A program made the translations under genes and the position numbers. The notes beneath the pieces are model-generated. The model made no database searches and was not told the DNA's origin. It saw only the letters and a program-made list of their open reading frames with translations. Positions 22,983 through 35,378 of a DNA stretch of 64,000 bases are shown here, piece after piece. The first letter of the stretch is position 1, and each line of letters begins with the position of its first letter. The DNA lies in the NCBI GenBank assembly GCA_035221665.1, contig CM069162.1, positions 24,180,001 to 24,244,000 of the forward strand. Reading direction: 5' to 3'. The stretch comes from Okamejei kenojei (taxonomy: Eukaryota).

Positions 22983-23633
22983 NNNNNNNNNNNNNNNNNN
23001 NNNNNNNNNNNNNNNNNNNNNNNNNNNNNNNNNNNNNNNNNNNNNNNNNNNNNNNNNNNNNNNNNNNNNNNNNNNNNNNNNNNNNNNNNNNNNNNNNNNN
23101 NNNNNNNNNNNNNNNNNNNNNNNNNNNNNNNNNNNNNNNNNNNNNNNNNNNNNNNNNNNNNNNNNNNNNNNNNNNNNNNNNNNNNNNNNNNNNNNNNNNN
23201 NNNNNNNNNNNNNNNNNNNNNNNNNNNNNNNNNNNNNNNNNNNNNNNNNNNNNNNNNNNNNNNNNNNNNNNNNNNNNNNNNNNNNNNNNNNNNNNNNNNN
23301 NNNNNNNNNNNNNNNNNNNNNNNNNNNNNNNNNNNNNNNNNNNNNNNNNNNNNNNNNNNNNNNNNNNNNNNNNNNNNNNNNNNNNNNNNNNNNNNNNNNN
23401 NNNNNNNNNNNNNNNNNNNNNNNNNNNNNNNNNNNNNNNNNNNNNNNNNNNNNNNNNNNNNNNNNNNNNNNNNNNNNNNNNNNNNNNNNNNNNNNNNNNN
23501 NNNNNNNNNNNNNNNNNNNNNNNNNNNNNNNNNNNNNNNNNNNNNNNNNNNNNNNNNNNNNNNNNNNNNNNNNNNNNNNNNNNNNNNNNNNNNNNNNNNN
23601 NNNNNNNNNNNNNNNNNNNNNNNNNNNNNNNNN
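22983..23633. other. Assembly gap (651 N)
   Basis: Run of N. Confidence 1.
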
Positions 23634-25363
23634 GGACACTTCAACAGTTGAATATTCCTTCGATGTAATGCCTACAATTCTATCATGCAAAGATTCACAA
23701 GAACAATGAAGACTCGGGAGGGCTGAAGCTTGATTCGGTGTTTCATCCTACACACCACTGCGGGATAGTCTTCCTCCAGACACATATCCACCTTAATGTT
23801 CCACTTTTCCTGAAAGGCCTCATATTATTTATTTATTTATCCATTTCAAGTTAAAACAACAAGCTCATTTCCCAAACGTGTTCTGAATATTCTAAAATAT
23901 GAAGATTGGATTGAAACAGATTTGGAAAAATTCTGAAAACTAATCAACAATTACAATATTTCAGTCCAAGAAGCGAGTGTGAGATAATTCTCTCACCTGG
24001 AGGTGATTATAATATTTATTAAAAAACTCACATCAGTGAGCATTTTATTTTTTTTATATGAAATCCCGCTGGGAAAAATAATATTACCATAAGTCATTTG
24101 CTAGCCCAGGAACGAATCACATTGGTGATTTACAACAGTTCCCAAATATCTCAACACTTTACAGAGACAATCTTATTACTAAACCCGGGACTTAACTTGC
24201 CAGGTTGGTTCTGTTGATTGCCAACTTCATTAGTTTTTACTGCTGTAAAGTAGGACAGCAATTAACTTTCTCCACACTGAAAACACTGCACAATAAGGCC
24301 AATGAACAACATTTGTTTAATGGCATGTTGAAGATGATGAGGCAAGAGGTCGGGACAACACTGTGAATTGGAAATTGGATAAGCGATGTCTTTCTTTTCG
24401 CATTGCCGAAAATAAATTGTTTGGACAAAACTCACAGATCAGACCAAACACTTCAGTTTAAGAAAATGTATGAAGCATTACTTTATTCTAGGAAATGCCA
24501 TGGTCAACAAGTTGCAGAAATGATTTGGAGTGGAGAGGAAAGCATTTCCAAGTGCCCAGGGACCCAGCATCACCATCAGGCTACCCAGTAAAGCACAGGT
24601 CAGATGCTGATTAAAGATTGCGTGCCTCAACTCCAGCATGACAAAGTGTCCTCTAGAGCACCTTGGCAATATTTTCCATTTCACACATCAATTGTCCTGT
24701 AGCCTGAATGAGACTCTGCTGTTTAAGAAAAAAGAAAAAAATCTGCAGCAGTATTTTTGTATTGATAAAGTGCTTCTGACTACAAGCGATTGAACATCAA
24801 AGGGCCTCGCTGCCTGTAATGCCTCTTGAGATGTCCTGACGTCATCATAGTACCTAAATAACTACAAATCTTCCTTTCTGAACTTCAGGAGGTTCCAAAG
24901 CTCTCTGCAATCCAAGTTGTGCTTTTGGAGACGCAAGAGACTGCAGATGTTAGGATCTTGAGCACATTTCACTCCTCACCTCTCCTCTGTCATCTGCAGT
25001 CCCTCGTCTTCCCCAGATCATCTCCCGTCTCTGTGATCATCTCCATCCTTCTCTCACTAATCTGATTCATCTGCCAAGCAATCCCTCTTCATGTGGATCC
25101 ACCTATAAATTGAAGTTCTTGCCTCAACTCTTACTCTCCGCTTTCTACCAGCTATCTCCCCTCTTGTCCATTCGTAAAGAAAGGTCTTGACTCAAAATGT
25201 CATCTGTCCTTATTGATGCTGCCTGGCCTGCTGAGTTCCTTCATCACTTTGTTTTTTTTTATCATGTTGTACGTTTTATGTAAAGTACGAAAGCACGCAA
25301 CCAGTTTGCACACAACAAGCTTTCACAAACAACAATAGATAATGACCGGATCTTTTTTTTTCA

Positions 25364-25535
25364 CAGATACAAAACGCTGGAGTAACTCAGCGGGACAGGC
25401 AGCATCTCTGGAGAGAAGGAATGGGTGACATTTTGGGGTTCGAAACATCACCCATTCCTTCTCCCCAAAGATGCTGCCTGTCCCGCTGAGTTACTCCATC
25501 ATCAGTGTAAACCAGCATTTGCTGGTCCTTCTTAC
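25364..25535. mobile_element. Fold-back Penelope-derived element inserted in a minus-strand DeuSINE remnant
   Basis: Arms tggagtaactcagcgggacaggcagcatct…gaaggaatgggtga and tcacccattccttctc…agatgctgcctgtcccgctgagttactcca. Confidence 0.85.
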
Positions 25536-26949
25536 TCGTTGTTCTTCCTGATGGTTGAAGGTTGAATATCATTCAGGATACTAAGGAAGTGTCCCTTTTC
25601 TTTGAGTAGCACTGTGGGATCCCTCGCATGTAACTGAGGAGAGGGCTTCAATTCCGCATCATGCCTGAAAGTTGGCAGCAGAAATGGCAGCTTAGATTCT
25701 AGGTTCAGGTCACGGAAGTGGGAACTTAAAAAGTAATGCAAGTGCAGGGTGCTCTGCTGACACCATGCTGAATTAAGTGCCCATACTCCTCATGGAAGAA
25801 TCCTAGTCATAGAGTGATACAGTGTGGAAACAGGCCCTTCGGCCCAACTTGCCCACACCGGTCAACATGCCTCAGCTACACTCCACCACCTGCCCACGTT
25901 TGGTCCATTTCCAAATCTGTCCTATCCATGTACCTGTCCAACTGTTTCTTAAATGTTGGGATAGTCCCTACTACCTCCTCTGGCAAAGAAGTTCTCCAAA
26001 GAGGTTTGGATCTGTGCAAATTCATTTCAGGAAGATGCCTTATTTCCATTAATCAAAGTTCAACCTCAGCCAATCAGTCTGGGTGTATTAATAATGATCA
26101 ACATAAACTTTTTTTTTTCCCAAACCAAAGATTATTAGAACATGTTCATTTTAACCATAAGACACTAATGCAACTACAGCACCTGAGAAAGAATGAGTTA
26201 ATGCCTCAGGAAAAGGAGAAACAGCAGCGGGATGGGTCTGATCTTAATTCCACTGGGGGAAATACGACCCGTTGGTTTCTTGCTGTTTGGGAGTTTCTTT
26301 GATTTGAACCTAGACTATGAGAAAACATACTAATTCGACAAAAAAATCAAGTTGCTTATAATCCTTGGAAAGCCAGAAATATGTTAGTAAATTAGATCTT
26401 GTCCAGGATCAGAGATGAGTGGAGAAAATGGGAAATACATCAAAAATGAATTTGGAGGTAAAAGTTGTTGCAGCACTCCAGTCAAATATATACATTTCAG
26501 ACTGTCACTGTTCATTAGCAAAGAAACAAACAGCTAGAGGAACTCCAGATTTAGTCGACTCCAGCAACTGCAGTCTCTTGTGTCTCTGTGTCACTGTTTA
26601 TTACTCTAACAGCGTCCTGAAAGATCCATGTTCATTATCCAGATACTGTCAGAGGTTATGAAAAATATTTGCCTACGTTGGTTTTTTAGTTGAAAACACA
26701 GACAAATTCAGACAGTGATTTTTCAAATGAGTTCTAAATGAGTATAGCTCAATCTTACAATGATGGTTTATATTCCATCACTTAGCTTTGGAAAAAAATC
26801 CATCTGCTGTGCCCTGAATACCTACCAACACTGATAGGATTTCTGTTTTTGAACCACAATGTTTCCACAATGCCCTGCTACTGGCATCTCAATTGAGGCC
26901 AACTATTCAACTGATTGCAATCAAGCCTGGGATTTTCCTCTTCCATTTA

Positions 26950-27950
26950 TAGATACTCATACTCAGTGAGGAAGCTCCAGGTTTGTTTCTCATTGTCGCC
27001 AACGAGTTGAATTGCAAATGTTTCTCCTAGTGGAAAGGCTAAGATTCAAACTTCTTTTCCAAGGATCCATTGAGGACTGAAGGTCAGAAACCAACACTGA
27101 TATTTAGCAAAGTCACGTGTCCAGGAGTTACCAATACTTCCCAGTCCAGAACATGTGAACAGCCTGTAATTCAGGATTCTACAGGACTATGGTAAGATGA
27201 TCAGTCTAATTTCTCTCTGACAAAATTTCCTTCAGTCCATTTTTCCATTGGAGACATCTTCATGATGCTTCAAAATGAGATCTTGACCAACTGTCTTTTG
27301 CTTCCTTTGTGAACATGTGTATCTACATGGGAGTTGTCAATGCCAAGGATTCTGCATTTTAAATACTCCATTTGGATGCTAAGATAGTTGGCTTAAACAA
27401 GGGCAGAGCTTCTCATGGAAATTCTTCCTTCTGGTTCGCAGTGATGTCCACAATTACATATTTTGCGGTGGAAAAGCCCATTTGCTCCCAGTTTAGATGC
27501 CAGTAGGGTACAGTCCAGCGTGCGACAGTCTACAGAGAGAGAGAGTGCATCAGCAATTTGTGGCACAAGAGGATCAGGAATACTCCTCTTTAGCCCCTAG
27601 GTTTGCCCCATGTCTGCTCCACCCTGTTGTATACCTGTCCCAACTAGGGTACTGGTTTGGATATCCACCCCCTCCAAACGCCAGAGATGGGGATAAGACT
27701 CATTCTCTCCCCTGTGAATGTAGTTGGCTGATGGATCCACACAGCCTGTTCACTCAGCTTCTGGTTGATTATAGAGTACATATGAACAGGCCGTATGGAT
27801 CCATTAACACTGGAGCCGTTGTCCTCGCCTTCAGCTGCCAAGTTCAATGAGACCTGGGAAATGCAACTAGCCACGGAAGCCTGAGAACCTTATTGAAGTG
27901 TTTAAGTTGCCAATCCATGTCCTAGGAGTGGGTTGGCTGCCACCTCTCTC
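26950..27950 (-). mobile_element. Highly decayed RTE-like LINE 5' part (endonuclease remnant)
   Basis: Frame-broken minus-strand motifs KNFHEKL, ILGIDNS and GQDLIL resemble RTE endonuclease motifs KxxFYxxL, LxIxNT and QxDxIL. Confidence 0.35.
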
Positions 27951-29076
27951 CGTCTCAGATATTGGAATAATGGAGTTGTATTTTGTACATTATTAAATTT
28001 TAACATCTGACCCAACACCAGTCCATACAATTTTGGGTGTTAAAATTCAGCTTGTCCTGTCAGCATATATCCTCAAAGCAAGTTCAGTGAAGGATAGGTC
28101 CAGAATAAAATTCCCTCTACAATATCCAATCAAAACTTCCAGCGGTGGTATATCATGTGGTAGCTATAAAATGAAGCTCCATCTACACTTTCCTGTCAAA
28201 CATTCCCAGGACAGCAGTAGGAAAGTGTAAATTGTTCTCTGTTCTGCCAATATTGCCCAGCTTTGCATTACTGTGACTTTCCCATTCCTTGAATCGCCAC
28301 TCTTGCATTTTGGCATCATTTACTTCTGGCATCATGTTCGGCATGGACACTGTGGGCCAAAGGGCCTGTTCCTGTGCTGTATTCTTCTCTGTCTACCTCA
28401 GTTAGCTCCTGGGATGGGAAGGAGACGGTAAAGCAGGGTTCCCATTCCAGATTGGTATCACTGGCATCTTATACAAATATGGCTGCTCCCAGCTACCTGA
28501 CGAATGCAGTATTCGGCTCTGTGAGTGCACGTTAAGACTCATCACTGAAACCACTATAGGATCATGTGTTGGGAAACTTTACCTGATTTATATGATTTGT
28601 TATGATTTATACTTACTCCTTTACGTGGAAGACTTAAATTGTTTTTTTTTAAATCAGCAAAGATTGTGGTAGTGGGCTGTTAATCCAGAGGGGATGTGAA
28701 TGAATCCGCTTGTGAAATTAAATATTGTAAATCTGTTCTTCGTGAATTTGTTTAAGGAAGTTGCTGGACTGTGTAGATGCATTCACAGTTTTTTTGACAG
28801 GCACATGGATATTGGGGGGATAGATATGAATCACGAGCTGGCAGAGGAGATGAGTGGCATGTTCGGCATGGATACTGTGGGCCAAAGGGCCTGTTCCTCT
28901 GCACTATGGTTCTCTGATCCAAAACCGCTCTGGTTTCACTAAAACCTGCCCAGATTTTATTACTTTGTCACTTGCAGCTGCATCTTCATCCAAAAAGCCT
29001 GAAGTTCTGGAATTCTATAAACCTCTCCACCTTACTACCTTGCGATTTGTTTTTCAGCATTTAGAGACGTTCGGAT

Positions 29077-29215
29077 ATAGAAACATAGAAACATAGAAAA
29101 TAGGTGCAGGAGTAGGCCATTCGGCCCTTCGAGCCTGCATCGCCATTCAATATGATCATGGCTGATCATCCAACTCAGTATCCTGTACCTGCCTTCTCTC
29201 CACAGCCCCCTGATC
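29077..29215 (-). mobile_element. CR1 3' terminal fragment
   Basis: atagaaacatagaaacatagaaaataggtgcaggagtaggccattcggcccttcgagcc… is the inverse of 21480-21600. Confidence 0.9.
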
Positions 29216-30249
29216 TTCTATTAGCTCCAAATTTTCTCTCATTCTACACCCGTGAAGTACCTCGGGAAACCACCTTTAAAGAGGAGTCGTCCTTGACGAA
29301 GCTGCCTTTTTCACCATAGCTGGCCAGTACGTAGCTCCAGACCCACACCACACACAGTTGACTGCAGAGTAATTAAGAACTGGCAAACCTTAGCCTTGCG
29401 AGCGGTGCCCATTTCCAAAAGACAAATGTGGAGGAAGCCACCCCCTTTGAAGCATAGTGGCATCATGTGGGTGCTTCTGTGAGAGGAAAGATCTGCTAAT
29501 GAAATAAATCAGGGCCTGTAGCAGAGGGCAGTCGGTGATAAATGTTGTGCCTGACGACCATAATAGTGACATATTCAAAATATGAGCCAATTAGAGGGTT
29601 CCAGATGTTATCCCATGTAAAATTGCAAATTATCTTGTCATTTCAGACTAATCAGAATAACTCCACCGTGGGTTGTGAGCTGTCTTCGAGGTCTACCTAA
29701 ACCTCTCTAATCTGCAGGGCCCCACATCATGACAGACATCAGCAATCAGTCCCACCACCTACAACAAGCTCATCAACATCAGTTTCAATACTGGCCCAGC
29801 GGAAAAGTGAAATGAGAGGAGAATTAAAAAAAAAACTAATGAATAATTAAATGTTACCTGCTGTTCTTGGACAAATTAAAACTGAAATAAAATATTGAAA
29901 TTCCCTTTTCCCAGGCCTGACCCAAACTCCAAGCTCAACTGCGCAGCCCATGCTTTAGCAGCACAAACTGCAGATGCCTCCAGCTGTGGCATTTATTGAG
30001 TTTGTTTTGTAGGGAGGAGAAGGGTTTGATCATGAGTGCCTTTTATTATATTCAGGGGAACTGCTGATGGCCAAAGGTGAATTGCAAGGCCTTGATTCAG
30101 TGTTGGGAATTCAAATGACAACTTTAATAGCCGAGATTTAATTAGTCTTTCACTTTCCACTATCTTTCCCTTTCCACCTCGGTTGAGTTTTGCAATGGAA
30201 ATGAGCACTGCTGAATGATCAGCTGACCAATGTGCTACCATCGTGATGG

Positions 30250-32390
30250 AACTACACCAGATTCAGACATGAATACAAAGACTGAGTTTGAGGAGCCGGG
30301 GGCCAAACTGCAAAGCAGGAACACAAGGGTGATAATCTCAGGACTATTACCTGACCCACTAGCAAAGAACCAGCATAATTGGGATTTGAGAGGTAAATGC
30401 ATGGCTCAAAGCTTGGTGAGGGAGAGAAGTGGGTTCCCATTCATGGGACTGTGCACAGGTACTGGGGAAGAAGAGAGCTGTTCCGTTGGGATGGGAGCCA
30501 CCAGCATCATGCTCGGACTGAGTGGATCACATAACTAGGATTGTGAACGGGTCTTAAAACCTGTTGGGAACAGTCTATTTTAGATGTGATCTTATGCAAT
30601 GAAGAAAGATTAATAAGGGGTCTTGTTAAAGATCTCCACGGAAATAGTGACCACAATCTGATAGAATTCCAAATACAATTTGAGCTAGGTCCGTATCTAG
30701 TGTCTTCAATTATAGTTATACGAGGGAGGCGTTGTCTACGATGGCTGGGTGACCAAACTAATAGAAGGCCAGAGGAGCAGTCATGGCAGAGATACAAACA
30801 GCTGGACTATAACATTGAACAAGTGTTCATCCCAATAAACCAAGGGATTCCAGGAAAAAACACAGGCAGGCAGGTTGGACCAAACAGTCAGGTGGGATTG
30901 GTGCAACTGGGACATGTTGGCCGGTGTGGACAAGTTGGGCCAAAGGGCCTGTTTTCACACTGTTTCACTCTATGACTATGACTCTGTGAGAAGGAGGCAC
31001 AATCTGTGGTTGACAAAGGAGCTAAAGGCCGATGTTAATTTGAAAACTAGAGTGGGAGGTTTTCAGGCTCCAGCAGAAGACTATAAAGCTGACAAGAAGA
31101 AAATGAATTCTGAGAGATAACTTGCACATAGTAGTGAAAACAAACAGTGCAAATTCCTATGTATATATATGTATAAATAATTAGGAAGAAGGCAGCTAAG
31201 GTAAATGTGGGGCCTCTAGAGACAAGGTTGGTGAATTAATAAGAGCAACAATCAAATGGCAGACATATTGAATAACTTCTTTGCATCAGTTTTCACTGTG
31301 GAAGAAGTCGTTAAGATATCAGATGGGCTAATTACAAATACTAATGTAGAACATACAAATATCCCTATAACAAGGAATACGGTATTGGAAACGCTCAGGG
31401 AACGGGCGGTAAAGGTGGATAAGTCATCAGGATCCAACAGACTGCATGCTAGGATTTTAAAGGAAGTGGCAGCTGAGGTGGTCGATCCATTGCTTACAAA
31501 TTTTTTATAATTTGCAAAATTCTGGAAAGGGTTCCAAAAGATTGGAGGACAGCCAATGTGACTCTTTCTTATTCAGAAAAGGAGAAAGAAATAATTATTG
31601 TGTTGATTTTAACAACACAACAAATATTTTTATCGGTTATAGTTTAATAATTGGTAAAAAAATTAATACTAAGATTTTGGAAAGGTCCTACTTCCCCTAC
31701 AACTAAAATGTGGATTACAGAAATGTCGGAGACACTTCACCTGGAACGATTAAGACTTGTCCTGATGGACAGGCTGGATCAATTCAGAGGAATATGGTCT
31801 CCATTTATTGAATATTTAAAGGGTCAAGATGGTCCGGTTCGAAGCCATGATTGAAGCCTGAATGTATGAATGGATGAAGAATTATAGACAATAGATCATG
31901 AATATGTCTCCAATGAAGAATATCTCGTTTAATACTCCAGTCAATTAGTTTCTCTCTTTTTTTTTCTCTTTCTCTTTTTTTATTTCCTACTGTTATAAAA
32001 TAAAAAAGAAAATTATAGAAGTACAAATAAGATTGATTGCAACTTTTAAAAATATTAAGAATGTACGTGACGATAATATTTTCTTTTGTTTTAATTGGAT
32101 TTTATATTTCTTCTTAATATGTAATTACTTCTAATAAAAATAGTTTACAAAAAAAAAAAAAAGAAATGGAGAAAGGCAGAAGGCAGGGAACTACAGGCCA
32201 GTTTGTTTAACAGCTACCACTGGCAAGGTGCTAGAGTCAGTAATCAAAGAGGAAATAACTAATCACTTAGGAAGACTGACTATAGTTACGCCAAATCACA
32301 GGTTATATGAAAGGTAATCGTGTTTGACAAATTTGTTTGGATTCTTTGAGGATGTAAAAGGGAGAGTTGATAGAGGGGAAAACGTAGGTA
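30250..32390 (+). mobile_element. Old CR1 LINE (ORF1 end, endonuclease, RT start) hosting nested inserts
   Basis: ORFs VIISGLLP (30230), LCNEERLI…GNSDHNLIEF (30586), MADILNNFFASVFTVE…KSSGSNRLHARILKEVAAEVVDPL (31256); the RT resumes at 32162. Confidence 0.85.
31589..32161 (+). mobile_element. L1/Tx1-clade LINE 3' end with poly(A) and TSD
   Basis: ORF 31651-31854 KKLILRFWK…MWITEM…LERL…FRGIWSPFIEYLK is a typical L1-clade ORF2 C-terminus. AATAAA at 32133; poly(A) at 32149-32162; TSD agaaa(a/t)ggagaaag at 31575-31588 and 32162-32175. Confidence 0.85.
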
Positions 32391-33430
32391 TGACGAACAA
32401 GGAAGTCGTGGGGGGAGCGGCCTCTGCGGAAGACAAAGGGATGGGGATGGGGGTGGGGGGGATGTGACTGGTGGTGGGATCATATTGAAGGTGGCGGAAA
32501 TGTCAGAGAATATGTTAGATGCACAGGCTGATGGGGTGAAAGGTAAAGACCAGGGGAAGTCTATTCTTGTTCCGTCTGGAAGAGGGGGAGCAAGATTAAA
32601 ACTACTGGACTCTGAGGAAACGTGGGTGAGGGATCCATCTATGTCAGCAGGGGATCAGCCACGTTTACTAAAGTAAAAGGATATCTCAGATGTCTTGGAA
32701 TGAAAATCCTCAACTTGCACATGGTGGAGACAGAGAAAGTGAGAGGAGGGATGGCCTCTTTGCCAAAGGTGGGGCTGGAGGAGGTGCACAGTGGGGGTCA
32801 GTGCGTTTCAGGTAGATGTCAGTCGATACTCTGTGCCCTGTGATGGAGACAGAGAGATCAATAAACGGGGACGTGTCAGAGATAGTCCAGGTGAATTTGA
32901 CGATGGGGTGGAGTTAAAGCCCTGTCCCACTGTACGAGTTCATTCAAAGAATTCTCCCGAGTTTGCCCTGATTCGAACTCGGAGATTTACGGTAATGGCC
33001 ACTCGTCGGTACTCGGGGCTCTCGTGGACATTTTTCAAATGTTGAAAAATCTTCACGAGTCTTACCGAGCTTACCTGCCATTAGCGAGTCTTCCCGAGTG
33101 CCTGCCGTTAGCGTTACGAGCTGCTAAGAGACGTCCCTGAGCTCCGACGTACCCGCTACGTTCATTCTCCGTGCTTACCACGGGTTTGATTTTATTTTTT
33201 AACTCGGGAGAGCACTTGAATTAACTCACATCATGGGACAAGGCCATTAGAATAAAAGTTAATGAAATCAATGAGTTACGCACAGCTGCAGGAAGCAGCC
33301 CCAATGTCGTCCCCATAGTGGGGAAAGTTGGGGAATGGTGCTGGTGTACATTTTTTTGAACAAGGACTGTTTGATGTAACCGACCAAAAGGCAGGTTTAG
33401 CTGTTGCCCAAGTGAGTATCCATGATACAC
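32390..33430 (-). mobile_element. Penelope-like retroelement fragment (RT C-terminal region), split by a MITE
   Basis: Same family as 4322-4860 (gctgatggggtgaaaggtaaagaccaggggaagtctat vs gctggtggggtaaaaggtaaggaccaggggaactctat); resumes after the MITE with gttaatgaaatcaatgagtt…gcaggaagcagccccaatgtcgtc (inverted YxDD-like region). Confidence 0.8.
32917..33246. mobile_element. PIF/Harbinger-like MITE, copy 2
   Basis: TTA TSD at 32914-32916 and 33247-33249; TIR gccctgtcccactgtacgag. Confidence 0.88.
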
Positions 33431-33723
33431 CTTTCATGAAGAAAGTGAGAGGAGTCAAAAGAAAAGTTGTGAGGATATAGAGGGATTTAGATGTTCTAGT
33501 GCATGAAGTGTGTAGGGGAGACAGCAACAAGAGTGCAAGCGTCTGGAGTTACAGCGGGAAAGAGAGAGAGTGGGGGAGAGGGAGAAGGAGAGACGGACTT
33601 AAGATAGACAACCTGGAGAGACTGGGAGCTGGAATATAGTGTTCAATCAGGGAGATAGCAGTGCAGGGGGGAAGACAGTGCCAAGTCGGTTTTCTCCCAG
33701 CAAGTGTACACACTGAGCAGGCA

Positions 33724-33952
33724 CAGTGCCCACCAAACATTATGATGCCCTGAAATGGGGGGACGGTGTATAAACACTGCTGTGATTTCTACTTGGTGCA
33801 ACCAAAATGAATAAAAAATACCATTTAATAAAATCTGACAATGTGCACTTTAAACACATGTGATTTTTTTCGATTACAAATCTCAAATTGTGGAGTGCAG
33901 AGGCAAATAAATAAATGATGGGTCTTTGGCCCAAACATTATGGAGGGCATTG
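33724..33952. mobile_element. Tc1-like (IR/DR) transposon remnant
   Basis: Right end ccaaacattatggagggcattg|ta; left cagtgccc joined to a second ccaaacattatg direct repeat. Confidence 0.65.
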
Positions 33953-34904
33953 TAGATGGCATGAAATGCAGATGCCTTGGCACCAGGTTTGAGCCTGACC
34001 TCACCTACAGCTGACATGCACTTTACAGTCGAACTAGCTGACATGTCCCCTACAGTATATCTGGCTCTTCACCGTGTATTTTGCCACAGTGCACGGATAC
34101 TGATTTAATGCAGCTGTTCCTTCCGTTTCCAACCCCAGAGACTAATGTAATTCACTCTCCACCAACCCCGAGTCAGATGGCCAAAGATCTAAGGCAGGCT
34201 GCCTGTAATTAGCATTGGTCCATCTGTACCAGGTAGCACAGTCGCTCACCAAACCAGTCTCATGAATACAGATTCAGTAAGACAAGAAGATTGCAAACCT
34301 CACAACTCGCAACAGATTTGCCACCAGACATAACATGGTACCAGGAGCCCAAAGAAATTATGTTTCTTCAGGGACGTGAACAGAACCAATACGATTTTAG
34401 GGGAAACTAACAACGGTAAAACAGCAAAAAAAAAGAAATATATTTTTGGAAATTAATTCTTCCTCAAGGGAAAGGAGCATTTGTAGGTAATGTTTCACAC
34501 CATTTTATTAACAGATGTGCAATGTTGAAAAAATATTGTTCTACAGCTGTGTTAGACTGGTGAAGATTGAATTCTGTGGGGATTTCATTAGTTGTGGATG
34601 GGTTGATGCCTGTGGCTGCAGGATGAGTGGCAGGACACAGCAAAGCTGCTTCTTTCCTATTTCCTTCATGTTTGTTTTTATTTCACCAGTTTGTTTTGGC
34701 TCTGGGTAGGAATATAACTATGCACATATTGCTTCCCAATATCACTAACAGCAGCAGCAAAATCTCCGTCATTCACCAGCCCTCAATACTTGCTCAAGTG
34801 CACAATTGCTACTGTGATTTAATGATGAACGGATGCATTCCAGTCGGAAGAATGAAAAGGCTACATGCATTAAAAAGGCTCAATTTGAAAAGGTGAACAG
34901 AGAG

Positions 34905-34907
<3 letters not shown>

Positions 34908-34940
<33 letters not shown>
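34908..34940. repeat. Poly-G tract (33 nt)
   Basis: Directly visible; similar tracts at 46847-46872 (G) and 15745-15760 (C). Confidence 0.95.
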
Positions 34941-34941
<1 letters not shown>

Positions 34942-34944
34942 CGT

Positions 34945-35378
34945 TTTTATTTATTCATCTTATTGGAATAAGGCTGTGACTGGAAAAGCCAGCATTTATT
35001 GCTCATTGCAAATTGCCTTTCAGACAGTGGATGTGGCTCACCTTCTTGAACCACTGCAATCCAAAGAGAGCCAGTGTGGTCTTAATGAGTGGCTTATTGG
35101 ATCATTTGAGAATCAAGCCCATTGATGGATCTGGTGTCACAAACAGGCTAGGCTGGGGACGATGATAGATTCACATTCTGGACATCAAATCCAGCTGGGT
35201 TTCGGTAGCAATGTGGGAGCTTTGGTGATATTATTACAAACGACTAACTCTTTTGAAATTCTTTTAACTTTCTTTTAAATTGAATGAATTTTTATTCCAT
35301 TGTTGCCATGGTGTGACTTGAACTCTGGTCTCTGAATAGCGCGTGCAGGACTCTGGATTGCCGGTCCAGTAACTTAAC
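34945..35378 (-). mobile_element. tRNA-headed SINE-like element with LINE-derived tail
   Basis: The minus strand has a B-box-like gagttcaagtc near 35320; the tail matches 6290-6480. Confidence 0.55.

Noticed and set aside
22956-23690. Long ORFs (244 aa and 224 aa) in the ORF track
   Set aside because: Artefacts of translating through the N gap.
34908-34940. Long poly-G tracts (also 46847-46872) as G-quadruplex elements
   Set aside because: Homopolymer lengths are unreliable and may be sequencing artefacts; no supporting context.
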